From the NCBI GenBank assembly GCA_051453625.1, contig JBOZIK010000001.1, positions 11,731,795 through 11,767,723 of the forward strand: a stretch of DNA of 35,929 nucleotides, given 5' to 3'. Shown here piece by piece: positions 23,673 through 35,929 of this stretch (position 1 is the stretch's first letter; every line of letters begins with the position of its first letter). The translations under genes and the position numbers were made by a program. The notes under the pieces were generated by a model that worked only from the letters and a program-made list of their open reading frames with translations, did no database searches and was not told the origin of the DNA. This stretch comes from Welwitschia mirabilis (Eukaryota).

Positions 23673-25379
23673 TTTATTATTAAGTTTTATAATATTATTT
23701 ATTATTCTAATCTTATGTAATTTTTTTTTAAAAATCATTCTTAAGTTAGGGTTTATATAGTTTCAAGATGGATATAATTAATTATCTATCTTACATTTCT
23801 ATATATTGGCTTATCCTTTTATATTTACTAATAATATTATTATAATGATAATAAAATTTCTTCTTTAAATTTCATATAAAGAATTTTTTAATAATAATTA
23901 TAGTTTGTATGCTACAATGTTAATGAAAAGTAATAGTTGAAAGTTTTACTTCTAATTGTACATTTATTTAATTATTATAATTCTTATGCCTTATTTATTA
24001 ATGTAAGTTAATTTAGTACAACTAGTAAATATATTTATTTACATCTCTAATTATTAAAATAGATTTTAAAGTATAATTATAGTGTAATTTAAACAAATAC
24101 CATGGCTAGTAAGTGTACATATTATTAGTTAATTAATCCATTATTTAGTAATCATGGTATTTTTTAATTTATTCTTTTAGAAGAGTTAAATGGAATGATT
24201 ATAATTAAATGATAACTATATTATCATTTTAAGAAAAATGAAATTATACATATTCCTAAGGAATTGACTAAGTTGGATGATTAATGGGTCCTAAGATTAA
24301 GATTATTTACATAGATTTATGTAGTAAATCTAGATATAATTATGGAATAATATGTGCTATGGTAGCCTTAATCTCATAGATTCATCATTAAAATATTTTA
24401 TTTAAGGGGATTTCTTGAAGAACATAGTTTACTTTGAAGTCCTAAGTCTTTATTTAGATTTATTATTCAAATCATTCAAAATGACTTACTTGTAGAAATG
24501 AATGCTTCTACAAGACTTGTATGATATAGTACTTTATTAGTTTAACTAACTAACTATGTATATTAAATACAAGATTGAAGGTCAACTAACATAAGAATAG
24601 GAGTAAAATAATTCTACACAAGACCTACTTCTAAGCATTGGTGTATCCTAATACCTATTCAATGACTAGATACAGGAGCAACAGAAGATAAATTACTGCT
24701 TTTTAAAGCAATATATTAGTTCACAATACATTTTAGCATGAAATAAAAGTAAAAAAACATGCTAAAAGATAACTTTTTAATTTTTCAATATATAAAAAAT
24801 GTTAAAATAAGATCATAATACAAACATATTCTTTTTATAAATAAAATTCCTATACTATAAAAAATAAATTAATTACAAATAGCATTTCCTTTATAGGTCA
24901 TAACTAGAATGAAGAAGAGTACTTCAAGATTGATCCCAAGGCTTACTACCATTCTTTAATATTATGCCAATTGTATCAAAAGATCCCTAATGGTAGCTAT
25001 AGGTTGTATTTATACAAATTCTTAGGTAGTTAAAAAGAGGAAACTCTAACAACTCCCCTTCTATTAAGGAAGTATATCACCACTTGTGATGCATGAAATT
25101 AGTGAACTTTAAACATGTTTTTCATTCATTTCTAGATTTTCCTTCACTTGTCATGTGGCATTTGCATGTAATTAATTCATTTTTATTCTTCTCATGTTAA
25201 TCTCCATTAATAGTTGTTGTAACAATTGTATTATGCTTTAAGTGTAAATAAACCTATAAAAGAATAAGACTTATTAGTTACTGAAATTAAGCATTATAAT
25301 TAATATGACAATCCTAATTATAATTCCAACATAATGCCTAAAAAAACATAAGTGCTACTATTTATATGAGCTAAGTATT

Positions 25380-25639
25380 TTTTGTTTTTTTTTCTAAGAG
25401 GTAGAAGGTAGATAATTTCGTGCTACACAAATGCCCAGTGACACTTGGGTTTATGGAATCTATTCGATTTGTATCCTCATTGATAATAGGTAGGTAATTT
25501 TATATCACACAAATGCCCAGTGGCATTTGAGCTTACAAAATCTATTCCATTTGTATTCCTTATTACTACTGAGGTTTGAATTTTAGACCTCTGGATCCAT
25601 GTGTCTGTGACCTTATTACTCTTGTAATCGGACATTAAC
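25380..25639 (-). mobile_element. tRNA-derived SINE with poly(A) tail, TSD and internal 82-bp duplication
   Basis: Poly(T) on plus strand at ~25378-25393. Flanking repeats ATATGAGCTAAGTATT (25364-25379) / ATGTAAGGTAAGTATT (25640-25655), 13/16. Minus-strand head GAGGTCTAAAATTCAAACCTC resembles a decayed B box. Body repeated at 25406 and 25488. Confidence 0.65.
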
Positions 25640-26158
25640 ATGTAAGGTAAGTATTAATCAGTATGTTTATAACCTATAATTATTCTTAAAAATATATTAT
25701 TTTAAATGTCATTTTTAGGTTATCATTTCCCTTAAATCCAAGCATTTTTTAGTCCCTAGCAAATAATCAAATCATTAAAGCATAATTAGAATTTCATTTA
25801 GTTAGAATTTACTTGGATAGAATTTTACATGAATCATAGGATTGGTACTTGCCTCATCATTTTGCTAAATTATTTTTTTCTTTGATAAATTTCAAAAATT
25901 TATATAACATATTAATTCAAAAATATTTTTTTCTTTTGATTACATATATTTAATAATAGTGATTGAAAATGCAATACTAGTATCTTAAAATTGCTTTATT
26001 TAGTTTGAATAGACATTTATAATTCATTGTAATGATTTGTATTAGGTTTACAAGCTATGAAAATGCCTTACTAATTATTTTTAGGTCTTAACATTATTTT
26101 AAAACCTAAATGAAAAATACTATATAATAAATTTCTAAATCATACATCTTTATATGCA

Positions 26159-26174
26159 TGTGTGTGTGTGTGTG
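26159..26174. repeat. (TG)8 microsatellite
   Basis: Direct reading. Confidence 0.9.
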
Positions 26175-27969
26175 CACGTGTCTGTCTGTTTGTATTATAT
26201 TATATATTTTCATTATTTTTGTCTTTATATATAGAAATTTTATAATTCAAATAGAAGACATATTAATTATAATAATTTAATGTCACTAGTAATGATGGCA
26301 TTACATTTACAAAATTGTATGAATCTATATAAGAATTAACCTAGATTAAAAACAAGAATACACAAGGTATTGGAAAACTCCTTAATCACTCAGTAGAGAC
26401 TTATATCAGAGTCAAATGCTTACTTTTTAAATATTAGAATGAAGAATAGATTAAAACCATTAAATAAACTCCATTGGGAAATATTTCCAAATGTTGAACT
26501 TAATGTTACTTAATGTACTAACTTTGTTAGTAATATTCCTAATATTATGCTTTTTTAGTAATAACTGTTAATAGTAAGTCAGCATTAGCATCTTTGCATT
26601 ACTTCCAAAAGTTTAGTAATTCTAATAGAAAGCCTTATGTGCTTATTTTTAAATAAACCTTTCTTAGACTATTATAGCTTACAATTTTATTTTTTCCACA
26701 TTGATTTTTATCTCTTTTCGTGCCCTATCCTAGTTCTATTATCAAACTTTCTATTCTTAAACTTTTGTCTATTTTCCTGTTCAACTTTAATTTTAAAAAG
26801 TTTTTTCCTTCTAATAAATTGCATAATATTCTTATAATTTGTCTTATTCTTATTTACATTAAATTCATTATTAAATTGTTCCATGTAATTTTGATCTATT
26901 TGATCTTATCTCTAACTATTTTGATCAAGTTCATTTATATAGCATTGTTTGTTACTATTAAATTGTATAGTAACTTTCATTCGAATATTTAGGACTTTCA
27001 CCTATAGAAATGAAAAATGATAAGATGCTAAGTTTAATTTCTATTTCATTGCTATAAACATCTTATTTTATCCCTTTTCTTTAGTATTTTGCCCTCTATA
27101 TTAATTGGGGTTTCCGTAGAATGTCAGCTTGAAATGTTTATTAATAAATCTAGATATTTCTTACATCACATGATGTTAACATGGAAGAATCTGAACGTTT
27201 GTTAAGAAAGTAAAGTTATATGATATAATTGGAAATGTGCCTTCTAAAGATGAATGATATAGAAAAACCTGGGAATAAGAGATGGATAAAGAGGACTATT
27301 ACTAGATTGGAAATAGCCCCAAGATAATAAAATATATGCTAAGGTAATAAAGGAGAATTATAGAATCCTTAATTAGAGAAAGAAATGGTGATGAAGATTC
27401 TACTGATAAGAAGAGAAATGTAGATAAAGTAAAAAAGAGAAATGAAGAAGGCATAAAAGTGGCACCAAAAGATGAAGTAGATGCAGATTAGCAATGGCTA
27501 GCTTTCCACAGAGGTGTGTATTAGCTTTTCAACTATAAGAATATGTGATCTAGAATTAGAAAAATGCACATTGAAAGGAAAGGAAGAAACAAACATAAAA
27601 TGAAAAACGAAGTTTTCAAAGAAAAGTTTTGATTATCAAATGCACGTACTTAATATTTGAAGGAGTACTTTGAAAACTTCAGAGTTTTGAGAAGGTCTTT
27701 AAATATTGATGTTATGTTAGCCAGTCTTTATAAATTTTCAAAGAAATCTTTGAAGGTTCGAAGGAGTCTTTAAAGCTTTTAAAGAGGGTGTCCAAAAAGT
27801 TTATTAAGTGTCAATAAAATATGTGAGAGGGATATAATCATCTTTAGTCAAGTTGCTAAGGCAACCTAGAGCTTAAAGAAAGTCTACAAAAACCACAATA
27901 TTCATGAAGTAGGTCTTCAAGCTCAAGTGTAATCATCTCTTTAGTTATTTTGGTCACTACCTATAAGTT

Positions 27970-28110
27970 ATAAAATTGGGTAGCCTCTTTACATATGAGT
28001 TTTATCTTAATGACCAAGTGATGTTTATTTAAGAGAAAAATTATAGGTAATATGTAAGCTTCTAGTACTACCTTTTAATATTGGATCATTGGGGTAATGC
28101 TTGAGCTCAA
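27970..28110 (+). pseudogene. Possible Ulp1-like (peptidase C48) relic of a MULE/CACTA element
   Basis: LGSLFTYEFYLNDQV (LNDQ 28006-28017) and KLLVLPFNIG/HW/VMLEL (28056-28108; needs two frameshifts) resemble the WLND and P.N...HW.L motifs. No clear catalytic Asp or Cys. Confidence 0.25.
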
Positions 28111-28518
28111 GAGGCATTAGATCTTGAAGTGGATATTTAATTTACATAGATATATTCTTTCTTGTTATGTAAAAACATCCAATATTAGCATTCCTAAATA
28201 TGCTTAAGATCATGTAATGTTTTCTTTGCAAGTATTTGAAATAAACATGAAGCATTTTAATGGCTATTATAAATTAGAGTAGTAATGGGATGCCTTGCAA
28301 AAATTAAGTCTAATGATTTCATGTAAGTATCAAAATATGTTTTCTTTATAACTCTTTTTCACACTTATTACTTGGATTTATAGCTGAATAATGGAGATAA
28401 AACTACATGTTTTTGTTTGTTGCATATGCTCCATTGAAATTGTGCTTGAGATAGTGGTATTCAACATAGATATTTAATGCTGAATGATAGGAAAACCAAA
28501 AAATAAAAGCCATATATG

Positions 28519-29611
28519 TGTTGCATTACCAATTTGTGGTTATTTGATGGGGTTTTATGAGTTATTTTGTAGGACATTTATATAGGTTTAGTGCAATTCT
28601 AAGGATTTTGGAGAAATAATATAAAATATCAGAAATATGCATTTCTTACCTAGATTTGATGTATTTAAAGCACATTATGATGCACAGATCATTGAAAAAG
28701 GATTATTGACAAAAATGCTAAGTTCTCTTCAAATTAAATGGTTAAGAAGACTATCATCCCCTATGTGGTCCCCATGATAAGGAGGATGATGATATTGCTA
28801 GTTGCTAACCTGGACTGCTGAATCACTACTAATTCATCATTCTAAGTTATCATTCATAAAGAGCTATCATCCCCCTTATCATCTAGATGATAGTCAGGAT
28901 GACACTAACATGTAACTAACTCTGACAACAACCCTTAGTCATTTCATCTGTTTCATTTATGTAAAAGAGTGCATCTTACTATGCATTATGTTTATTATTT
29001 TCTACTATAAGTTGTTATAAATAAGTCCCTCTTTGACTCTTCTTATCATATTCATTACACTAGAAATTCTCATAATAGGAGATCGAAGGGCAAGAGATCC
29101 ATCTTGAGTGTTGTAGAAAGATGTTCCTTTAGTGAAGGCCTGTGCATTCTTCATTAAAGCTCGACTATTTTGTAACCCAAATTTTATTAATCTTCTTAAT
29201 ACAAAAACCCCATTTGTTTTGATGATTGCATTTTAGATTCTTAGATTATCCTTATGGTTTATGATTATCCTTAATCTAGTAACAATGTCTTAGGTGATAT
29301 AGATAATCAAGGGTAGCCTTTATTAAGGCTGAAATCAAATAGTATTAGTTCCATTTTTCATTCCATCTAAATTAGTTGTACTTTGCATTTTCATTGAATT
29401 TCTTTATTTCCTACATTGTTATTTATTTCTCATTCTTATATTTCCTGTATAAAGAAATCTAAGTCTCATCTCATAGTCTTTAATGTGAATATGACATTTT
29501 GGATTTATTTCCACTCATACTAGTATGTCATATCATGTGAGATATATATTTATTTTCTAAATGATAGAATCCTTTTAAAATTAAGAACTTTCACAAATAC
29601 ACATTACAACA
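28519..29611 (+). repeat. 5' LTR of element B
   Basis: TGTTG...CAACA, followed by the PBS; aligns with 34917-35929. Confidence 0.92.
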
Positions 29612-29614
29612 AAT

Positions 29615-29632
29615 TGGCACCATTGCTGAGGA
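29615..29632 (+). promoter_or_regulatory. Primer binding site (tRNA-Asp type) of element B
   Basis: TGGCACCATTGCTGAGGA versus TGGCGCCGTTGCCGGGGA (14/18, all four differences are transitions). Confidence 0.88.
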
Positions 29633-30209
29633 AGGCTATTAAAGAGTACAAGGGTTATTATCATTTGGGTGAGTATATCAGACCTCTATTTGGTTATTTC
29701 TCTGTAGTGATGTTGTATTTTGTTAGAAATGTAGGTTTTCTGTTTTGTAGTTATTAGTTTTAGTTTTTTAGATTTAGTTTTCTATTAAAACTAGTGGTCA
29801 TCTCCTCTGTCGTCCACATGGCAGTCAAGATGATAGTGTGCAATTTTTGTTCTCAGTTTTATTTTTATTTTTTTATTTCTATAGTAAAATTAATTTCTGT
29901 CATCTTTCTTGATGTCCGAATAACTAGGTGGATGACAGTCTGCATTGTCTCTTCTGTCGTTCTCATGATAGATAGGATGATGGCCTATTGCTTTTACTCT
30001 TGTTTTTTGTTATTTGCTATTTGCAGGATGCTATGATATGGTTAATCCTAAGAAGAAATATTAGAGAGAAAGGCTACTAATAGAGAAGAACATTAAAGGA
30101 GGACTGATGGATATAGAAAACAAATTGGAAAAGCAATCTCTAGGTGCACTCAATCCTCATTATGTTTTTATTTTTTCTAAATTAGATTTTTTTAATGAAA
30201 ACCCTATAT

Positions 30210-32665
30210 AATGAGAGAACCAATTTATAATATCAAGTATTACTCAAAATTTAAAAAAAAAGTTTTAGGATCTTCACCCATAATCCTAATGTAAACCTTA
30301 CCCTAAGGGAATTATTAGTCAATAAGAAATGAGAGATTCAAACCTCTTTTGATCTATCCCTGGGAAATGACATTGAGCTTAAAAATTTAAATGCCTACTT
30401 AGCTTCTACTAGAGAAGATGATGAGGATCTCCTTTAACATTTAGTAGATATAAAACAATTAATCCTCACCTTAAGAAATAAAAAAAAATAACTGATAGAA
30501 CATATATGATAATCTTTTCCATAAGATTAAAGGGTAAAGCAAAAAATTGGCTAAAAATCATACATCACAAAAGCTTAAAAACTTGGGAACAAGTATAGGA
30601 AATCTTCATTAAAATATTTATGAGTGAAGAAACTATGAGAAAAAGAAAAGAGAGGTAACAAACTTTTAATAAATATCAAATGAAGATTATGACTCCACAT
30701 ATTAATGTTTCTTCATAGAAATCCATACTAATCTAGTAGATGATTTCTCATGAGAAGAACTAGTGACCTACTTTTATAGTGGATTAACTCCCCATATAAA
30801 ATAACTTATAGATTTTTCTTATAATGGGAATTTTATAAATCTTACATTAGACAATGCCTGAATAAAATTAGAAGAACTTATGGAGGTTAGTTAAACTTTA
30901 CTAACAACAAAAGAGAATTGCATTGTAGGCCAAATTATCAAAGATTTAAATGAGCTAAAATAAGAATAAGTAGAATTCAATCCTATGGATCTCATGAAAA
31001 ACTTTATAACAACCTTAGAAAAGTATGCTAAAATGATCTTAGATGCCAAATCTGCAATCAAAAGAAATGTTGTTCTAACTTGTGATTTATGTGAGGATAA
31101 TTATCACATCACTAAAAAATATCCTCTTCTGATAACATACAAAGAATAAATACATAAGAAGTTTTCATTTTCAACCAAACATCTCAAAACTTCTGAAATT
31201 AATTCTCTTCATTTCCAATTAGGCCTTGCTTTAGCTTCTTTAGGAGTGATTACTTCTGAAATTAAAATTAGACACAACCTAGGTTGAACACTCATTTTCA
31301 AAATAATTCTCAACCTTTTAGAAACCAATTTAAAAATACAAACTACCCACCAAGTACATTCAACTACCAATATCCAAATGATTCAATCACAAACCTTATA
31401 GATGAAATTAGAAGATCATGTGAAGAAACAAATGCTAAACTTGAAAACTTAACAAAAATATTTAAACAAAAAATGTTAGAAAACTAAAGACCTTATGGAA
31501 CATTAGCTACACAACCTTTACCAAACCCTAATGAAATGAGAAAATATTGTAAGTTGTAACAAGAAGCGAATAAGAAATAAACCCTCTTTCATGTGAACCT
31601 TCCACCTCCCAAAATGATTTTTAAAATGATGAAGAAGAAGAGGAAGAGAACATTAAGATATTAGAAGATTATAACTTCCCATCTCTTGACAAAAATAAAA
31701 AGAAAAATCCTTCTTAACAAATTATCCCTTAGCTTCATAGGCTTAATAACAATATAATTTTCAATGAACATCTAAAAGCATTGATGAAAAACATAAGTAT
31801 AAAATTACCCTTTTGAAACTTTTTCAACAAAATCTGAGGTATTTAAAACTTTGGAAGGACTTAATAAGAAGAAACAAAAATAAGTCATTCGTAGTAAAGT
31901 ATTTCTAGCACAATCCCTCATGAATTTAGTGTTACAAAAATCACCCAAATTTAAAGATCTAGAAGTANNNNNNNNNNNNNNNNNNNNNNNNNNNNNNNNN
32001 NNNNNNNNNNNNNNNNNNNNNNNNNNNNNNNNNNNNNNNNNNNNNNNNNNNNNNNNNNNNNNNNNNNNNNNNNNNNNNNNNNNNNNNNNNNNNNNNNNNN
32101 NNNNNNNNNNNNNNNNNNNNNNNNNNNNNNNNNNNNNNNNNNNNNNNNNNNNNNNNNNNNNNNNNNNNNNNNNNNNNNNNNNNNTTGTTACCCAATAGAT
32201 GTGATTATCATAGAAGTTGAGCATAACAGAGGATACCCTTTACTTTTAGGATGAGCCTTTTATGCAATAGCCCACTGCATTATTGACACAAGAGTTGGAA
32301 TAATGAAATGTCATTTTGAAAATAGAACATTTACAATTAGAGTCCTCGATGCAGCTGAAAAAGATTTAGGTGATGAAATGAACACTAAAGATAAAATCAA
32401 ACCAATTTTATTCCTACAACATTATCGACTTGAAAAAAGAGAGATGAAATCACATGAATCTATACTTTATGATGACCAACTTGAGATTAAAAAAACTACT
32501 GATACATCTAACTTTGAGAGTAAGGAAGAACCTTTAGTATGTAAGGAAGTTTAACTTTTTGATTTACACCTTGAGGAAGATTATCCATTACATGAACAAA
32601 TTGAAAATTATAATTTTAGTTTGAATTTAAATCTTTCTAATAAACTTGAATATAATTTTCTTTGC
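30210..32665 (+). pseudogene. Athila-type gag-protease, decayed
   Basis: IFSIRLKGKAKNWLKIIHHKSLKTWEQV, VTYFYSGLT, CDLCEDNYHITKKYP (31081-31125), GTLATQPLPNP, LQKSPKFKDL, then gap 31968-32184, YPIDVIIIEV, LLLLG*AFYAIAHCIIDTRVG, LSNKLEYNFL. No RT, RNase H or integrase motifs follow. Confidence 0.9.
31201..31257 (+). pseudogene. psaB: 57-bp plastid psaB fragment (NUPT) inserted in gag
   Basis: Translates [19 protein letters not shown], the conserved PsaB segment ([26 protein letters not shown], recalled). Bracketed by ACTTCTGAAATTAA at 31189-31202 and 31252-31265. Confidence 0.9.
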
Positions 32666-34895
32666 GATATTCAAAATAAAACTCTTACATTCATATCCAA
32701 AATAAAACTCTTACATTTAATAAAAGTATTTTACTAGAGTTGCCATTTCTCTTCCCTTTGACTTCCAACATTTATGTCTTAATGTGGTCTCATAGAATAT
32801 TATCCATTATCCCTCTCTTCATCCAATTGATTTTACTTGGAAATAATTATACACCTTTTATGTCTTATCAATTGGTAAATTTCTGGGTTGAACCTTATTT
32901 CTCTAAACATCTTGAGACCATTTAAATAGATCCTTCTCTTCTTAGTTCTTATTAATAAAGGTGTGAGTGAGATTTAGGAATTGAATAAAATTATCTTATC
33001 CTAGAATTTTATTTTTAGCTTTTTGTTTTAATAGTCTATGTTTTCATTTTCTACTTTTAGTTTTTGTTTCTATTTGTAGTTTCTATTTCTGTTTCTACAA
33101 TAATAAATCTATTATCTCCTCTATCATCCCCACGAGAGATAGAACGATAGTCAGTTTTGATAGTTTTTTAAGCTTTGTGATAATTTTTTATATTATCTAA
33201 TAATTTTCTACTTTTTATTCCTACTAATGTCATCCTCTATGTCATCTAGACAAGGAGCAAGATGACAGTTAACAAATAAATGATTTTTACTTTCTATTAT
33301 TTGAGAAAATACATTTTTATGGCTCTATTAAGATTTCTGACTTAACTACTTAAGAATTTCAAGAATTAAATGGGTAAAATTTGGAACTTCATAAGAAAAC
33401 CATTTGATTTTTCTCCTAGTTTTTTTCTTTGGAGGTTATTATGGTGTTACTTGATCATTTTTCAAACTTAACTTATGTATTTGTCTCTATGACTAGTCTT
33501 TTGACTTGGGCATTTCAGTGGTAAGATTGGATTCATCTAATCTTAGGATATTCTCACATCCATGAACTTTAGTTTAAAGGAATATGCTTATTATTATTTT
33601 TTCTTTTAATGGTGAAAAAGTCTTAGATCATTTTAAGAGCATTTATTTTTATCTTTACCTAATGACTTTTACCTTTTTTTTTTTGAATGTTTGTTCATGT
33701 GGAATATTTTTTTGGTTTTNNNNNNNNNNAGAGCATTAGAGAAGTGAAATAAGACCATGATGTTTTATTTATAATATTTCAAGAATAGGGTCACCATGAC
33801 ATCCTACCACAAGTACACCAGGGAAAATATTTCCAAGAGAAGCCTTTAGTAGTGTAATATGATAGCTGTGAAAACTCCACTAAGAGGTCAGTTAGCCATG
33901 CTTCAAAAGTCCTTCCTTCTCTGATGGTAACTGCACTTTCCTAATCATGGATAATACAATTTTAATAAACTTTGAGGCTATGGGATCAATGGTGTTCCTA
34001 GTATCATCAAAGATATTGCTTGTTTCTTAGACTCTTAGTCTTTTCACATGATCATTTCATTTCTTGAGATTTGGATGTTTGTTTTGAAATGACGATAGAT
34101 GAGTTCATTTTTCATCAATTCTATGATCCGATCATTTATTTTATTTTTAGTATAATCATAACCACTGCCTTTTGAAATGAAATTTTTTATACATCAAGTT
34201 ATGCATTTTAATATTAAGTGACGTTATGATTTCTTTTCATGAAAGTCTGCTAGGTTAAAATATCAAATAGGTAAGCTTTTTTTCATTACCTTATGCCCAT
34301 TATTTTTGTTCTATTTTGTGGTTTGATTAGTTATTTCAAATTTATTATAGTATTTTCTTATCATCATGTTTTTTCTATGCAATTTTCAATAAAAGAGGAT
34401 TTCTTGCTTAATTGATTTTTCTTAATAAATTTTATTTTTGATGTTGTAAGCACTACTCTTAATCATTTTTATGATAAAACATTTTTATTTTCCACCTTTT
34501 TTCTTTACTTATTAGGATATTTCATAGATCTATATTTTTCACATCTGACATTACTTAGCTTTGCACTTCATTTTAGAAGTTGTCCTCTTGTACCTATTTT
34601 CTTACTTTCGTCTACTTTTTTTGCTTTATTTTCTATTATGGTATGTATTGATTTTTTTTTGGTGAGNNNNNNNNNNNNNNNNNNNNNNNNNNNNNNNNNN
34701 NNNNNNNNNNNNNNNNNNNNNNNNNNNNNNNNNNNNNNNNNNNNNNNNNNNNNNNNNNNNNNNNNNNNNNNNNNNNNNNNTATTATTTATCTATGTGATG
34801 TGTTTTATCAACCTATTTTATAATTTTAGATTTATCTTTTTAAAAACAAATTAACTCATAATTATATTTTTTTGTCTATTTTTTATCAGGGATTG

Positions 34896-34916
34896 ACAAA
34901 GGCTAATGGAGGGCTA
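34896..34916 (+). promoter_or_regulatory. Polypurine tract of element B
   Basis: GACAAAGGCTAATGGAGGGCTA-like purine-rich stretch immediately before the 3' LTR. Confidence 0.55.
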
Positions 34917-35929
34917 TGTTGTGCTCCCAATTTGTGGTTAATTGATGGGGTTTTATGAGTTGTTTTACAGGAGTTTTATACAAGTTTAAGTGCAATTCTG
35001 AGGATTTTAGAGAAATGATAGAAAATCCTAGAAATATTTATATCTTACCTAGATTTTATGTATTTAAATCACATTCTGATAAATAGATCTTTGGAGAAGA
35101 ATTACTAACAAAAATTCTAAGTTCTATTCAAATTAGATGGTTAAGAAAATTTTCGTCCCCTATGTCGTCCCTATGACAAGGAGGATGATGACACCTTTGA
35201 TTGCTAATGCAGGTTGTTGAACCACTACTAAGTCATCATGCTAAGTCATCATTTTTAATGAGATATCATCCCCCTTATCATTCAGATGATAATTAGAATG
35301 ACACTGATATGTAACTGACTCTGATAGTGACCCTTGATTTTTTTCATCCATTTCATTTATGTAAAAGAGTGCATCTTGCTATGCCTTCTATTTGTTGTTT
35401 TCTGTTATAAGTTGTTATAAATAAATTTTCCTTAGACTTTTCTTGTCATCTTCATTGCATCAAAAATTCTTGTGATAAGAGCTCGAATAATAGGAGATTT
35501 ATGTTGACTATTATAGAAAGACAATCCTTTGGTGGAGGGCTATGCATCCTTCATTAAAGCCTGACTATTTTGTAACCCAGATGTTGTTGCTTTTTTTAAT
35601 TAAAAAACCTTATTTGTTTTCATGATTACTTTTTATATTCTCAAATTATCCTTTTGGTTCATGATTGCCCTTAGTGTAGTGACAATTTCTTGGATGATAT
35701 AGATTGTTAAGGATAACCTTTATTAAGGTTAAAAGCAAGTAGTATTAGTTCCATTTTGCATTCCATCTAAATTAGTTGCACTTTGCATTTGCATTTTATT
35801 CCTTTATTTCTTGTATTGTTATTCATTTTTGGTTTCTATAATTCTTTTGCAAAGTAATCCAAGTCTCATCTCATAGTCTTCAACATGAATATCACATTTT
35901 GGGTCTACTCTCACTCATACCAGTGTGTT
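34917..35929 (+). repeat. 3' LTR of element B (partial)
   Basis: Collinear with 28519-~29529; about 80 bp expected beyond the window end. Confidence 0.92.

Larger units (their letters stand above)
28519..35929 (+). mobile_element. Athila-like Ty3/gypsy LTR retrotransposon B, gag-protease only, 3' LTR cut by window end
   Basis: LTRs start TGTTG at 28519 and 34917 (about 83% identical over the first ~120 bp by hand count). PBS 29615-29632, gag-pro motifs, PPT before 34917. Confidence 0.92.

Noticed and set aside
24897-25035. Host exon (EEEYFKIDPKAYYHS...)
   Set aside because: Short, stop-bounded, no recognisable domain and no partner exons.
33870-33930. Hammerhead ribozyme (GAAA...GTC...CTGATGG)
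   Set aside because: Core is CTGATGG rather than CTGANGA, stems I and II do not form, and the ATGG is tied up in an alternative hairpin.

Overview
AT-rich, strongly CpG-depleted plant nuclear DNA from a draft assembly with 8 N-gaps. It is almost entirely old, nested, decayed retrotransposons, and I can support no intact host gene or intact TE ORF. From left to right: (1) A minus-strand SIRE-like Ty1/copia element (5' LTR 15357-16465, tRNA-iMet PBS, gag, protease, RT, RNase H, extra 3' ORF; integrase deleted). It is split by an Athila-like solo LTR (2870-4224) and by a two-LTR Athila-like element without pol (6476-13960). (2) A 51-bp tandem array split by a 3.2-kb Tekay/Del-like solo LTR with a perfect GTTAG TSD. 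(3) A gypsy gag remnant, a tRNA-like SINE with TSD and a weak Ulp1-like relic. (4) A plus-strand Athila-like gag-protease-only element from 28519 to the window end. The most striking detail is a 57-bp chloroplast psaB fragment inserted in frame in the gag of that last element, between 14-bp direct repeats. Family assignments come from motifs I translated by eye and compared with remembered consensus sequences; no database search was run. I found no convincing new biological system.
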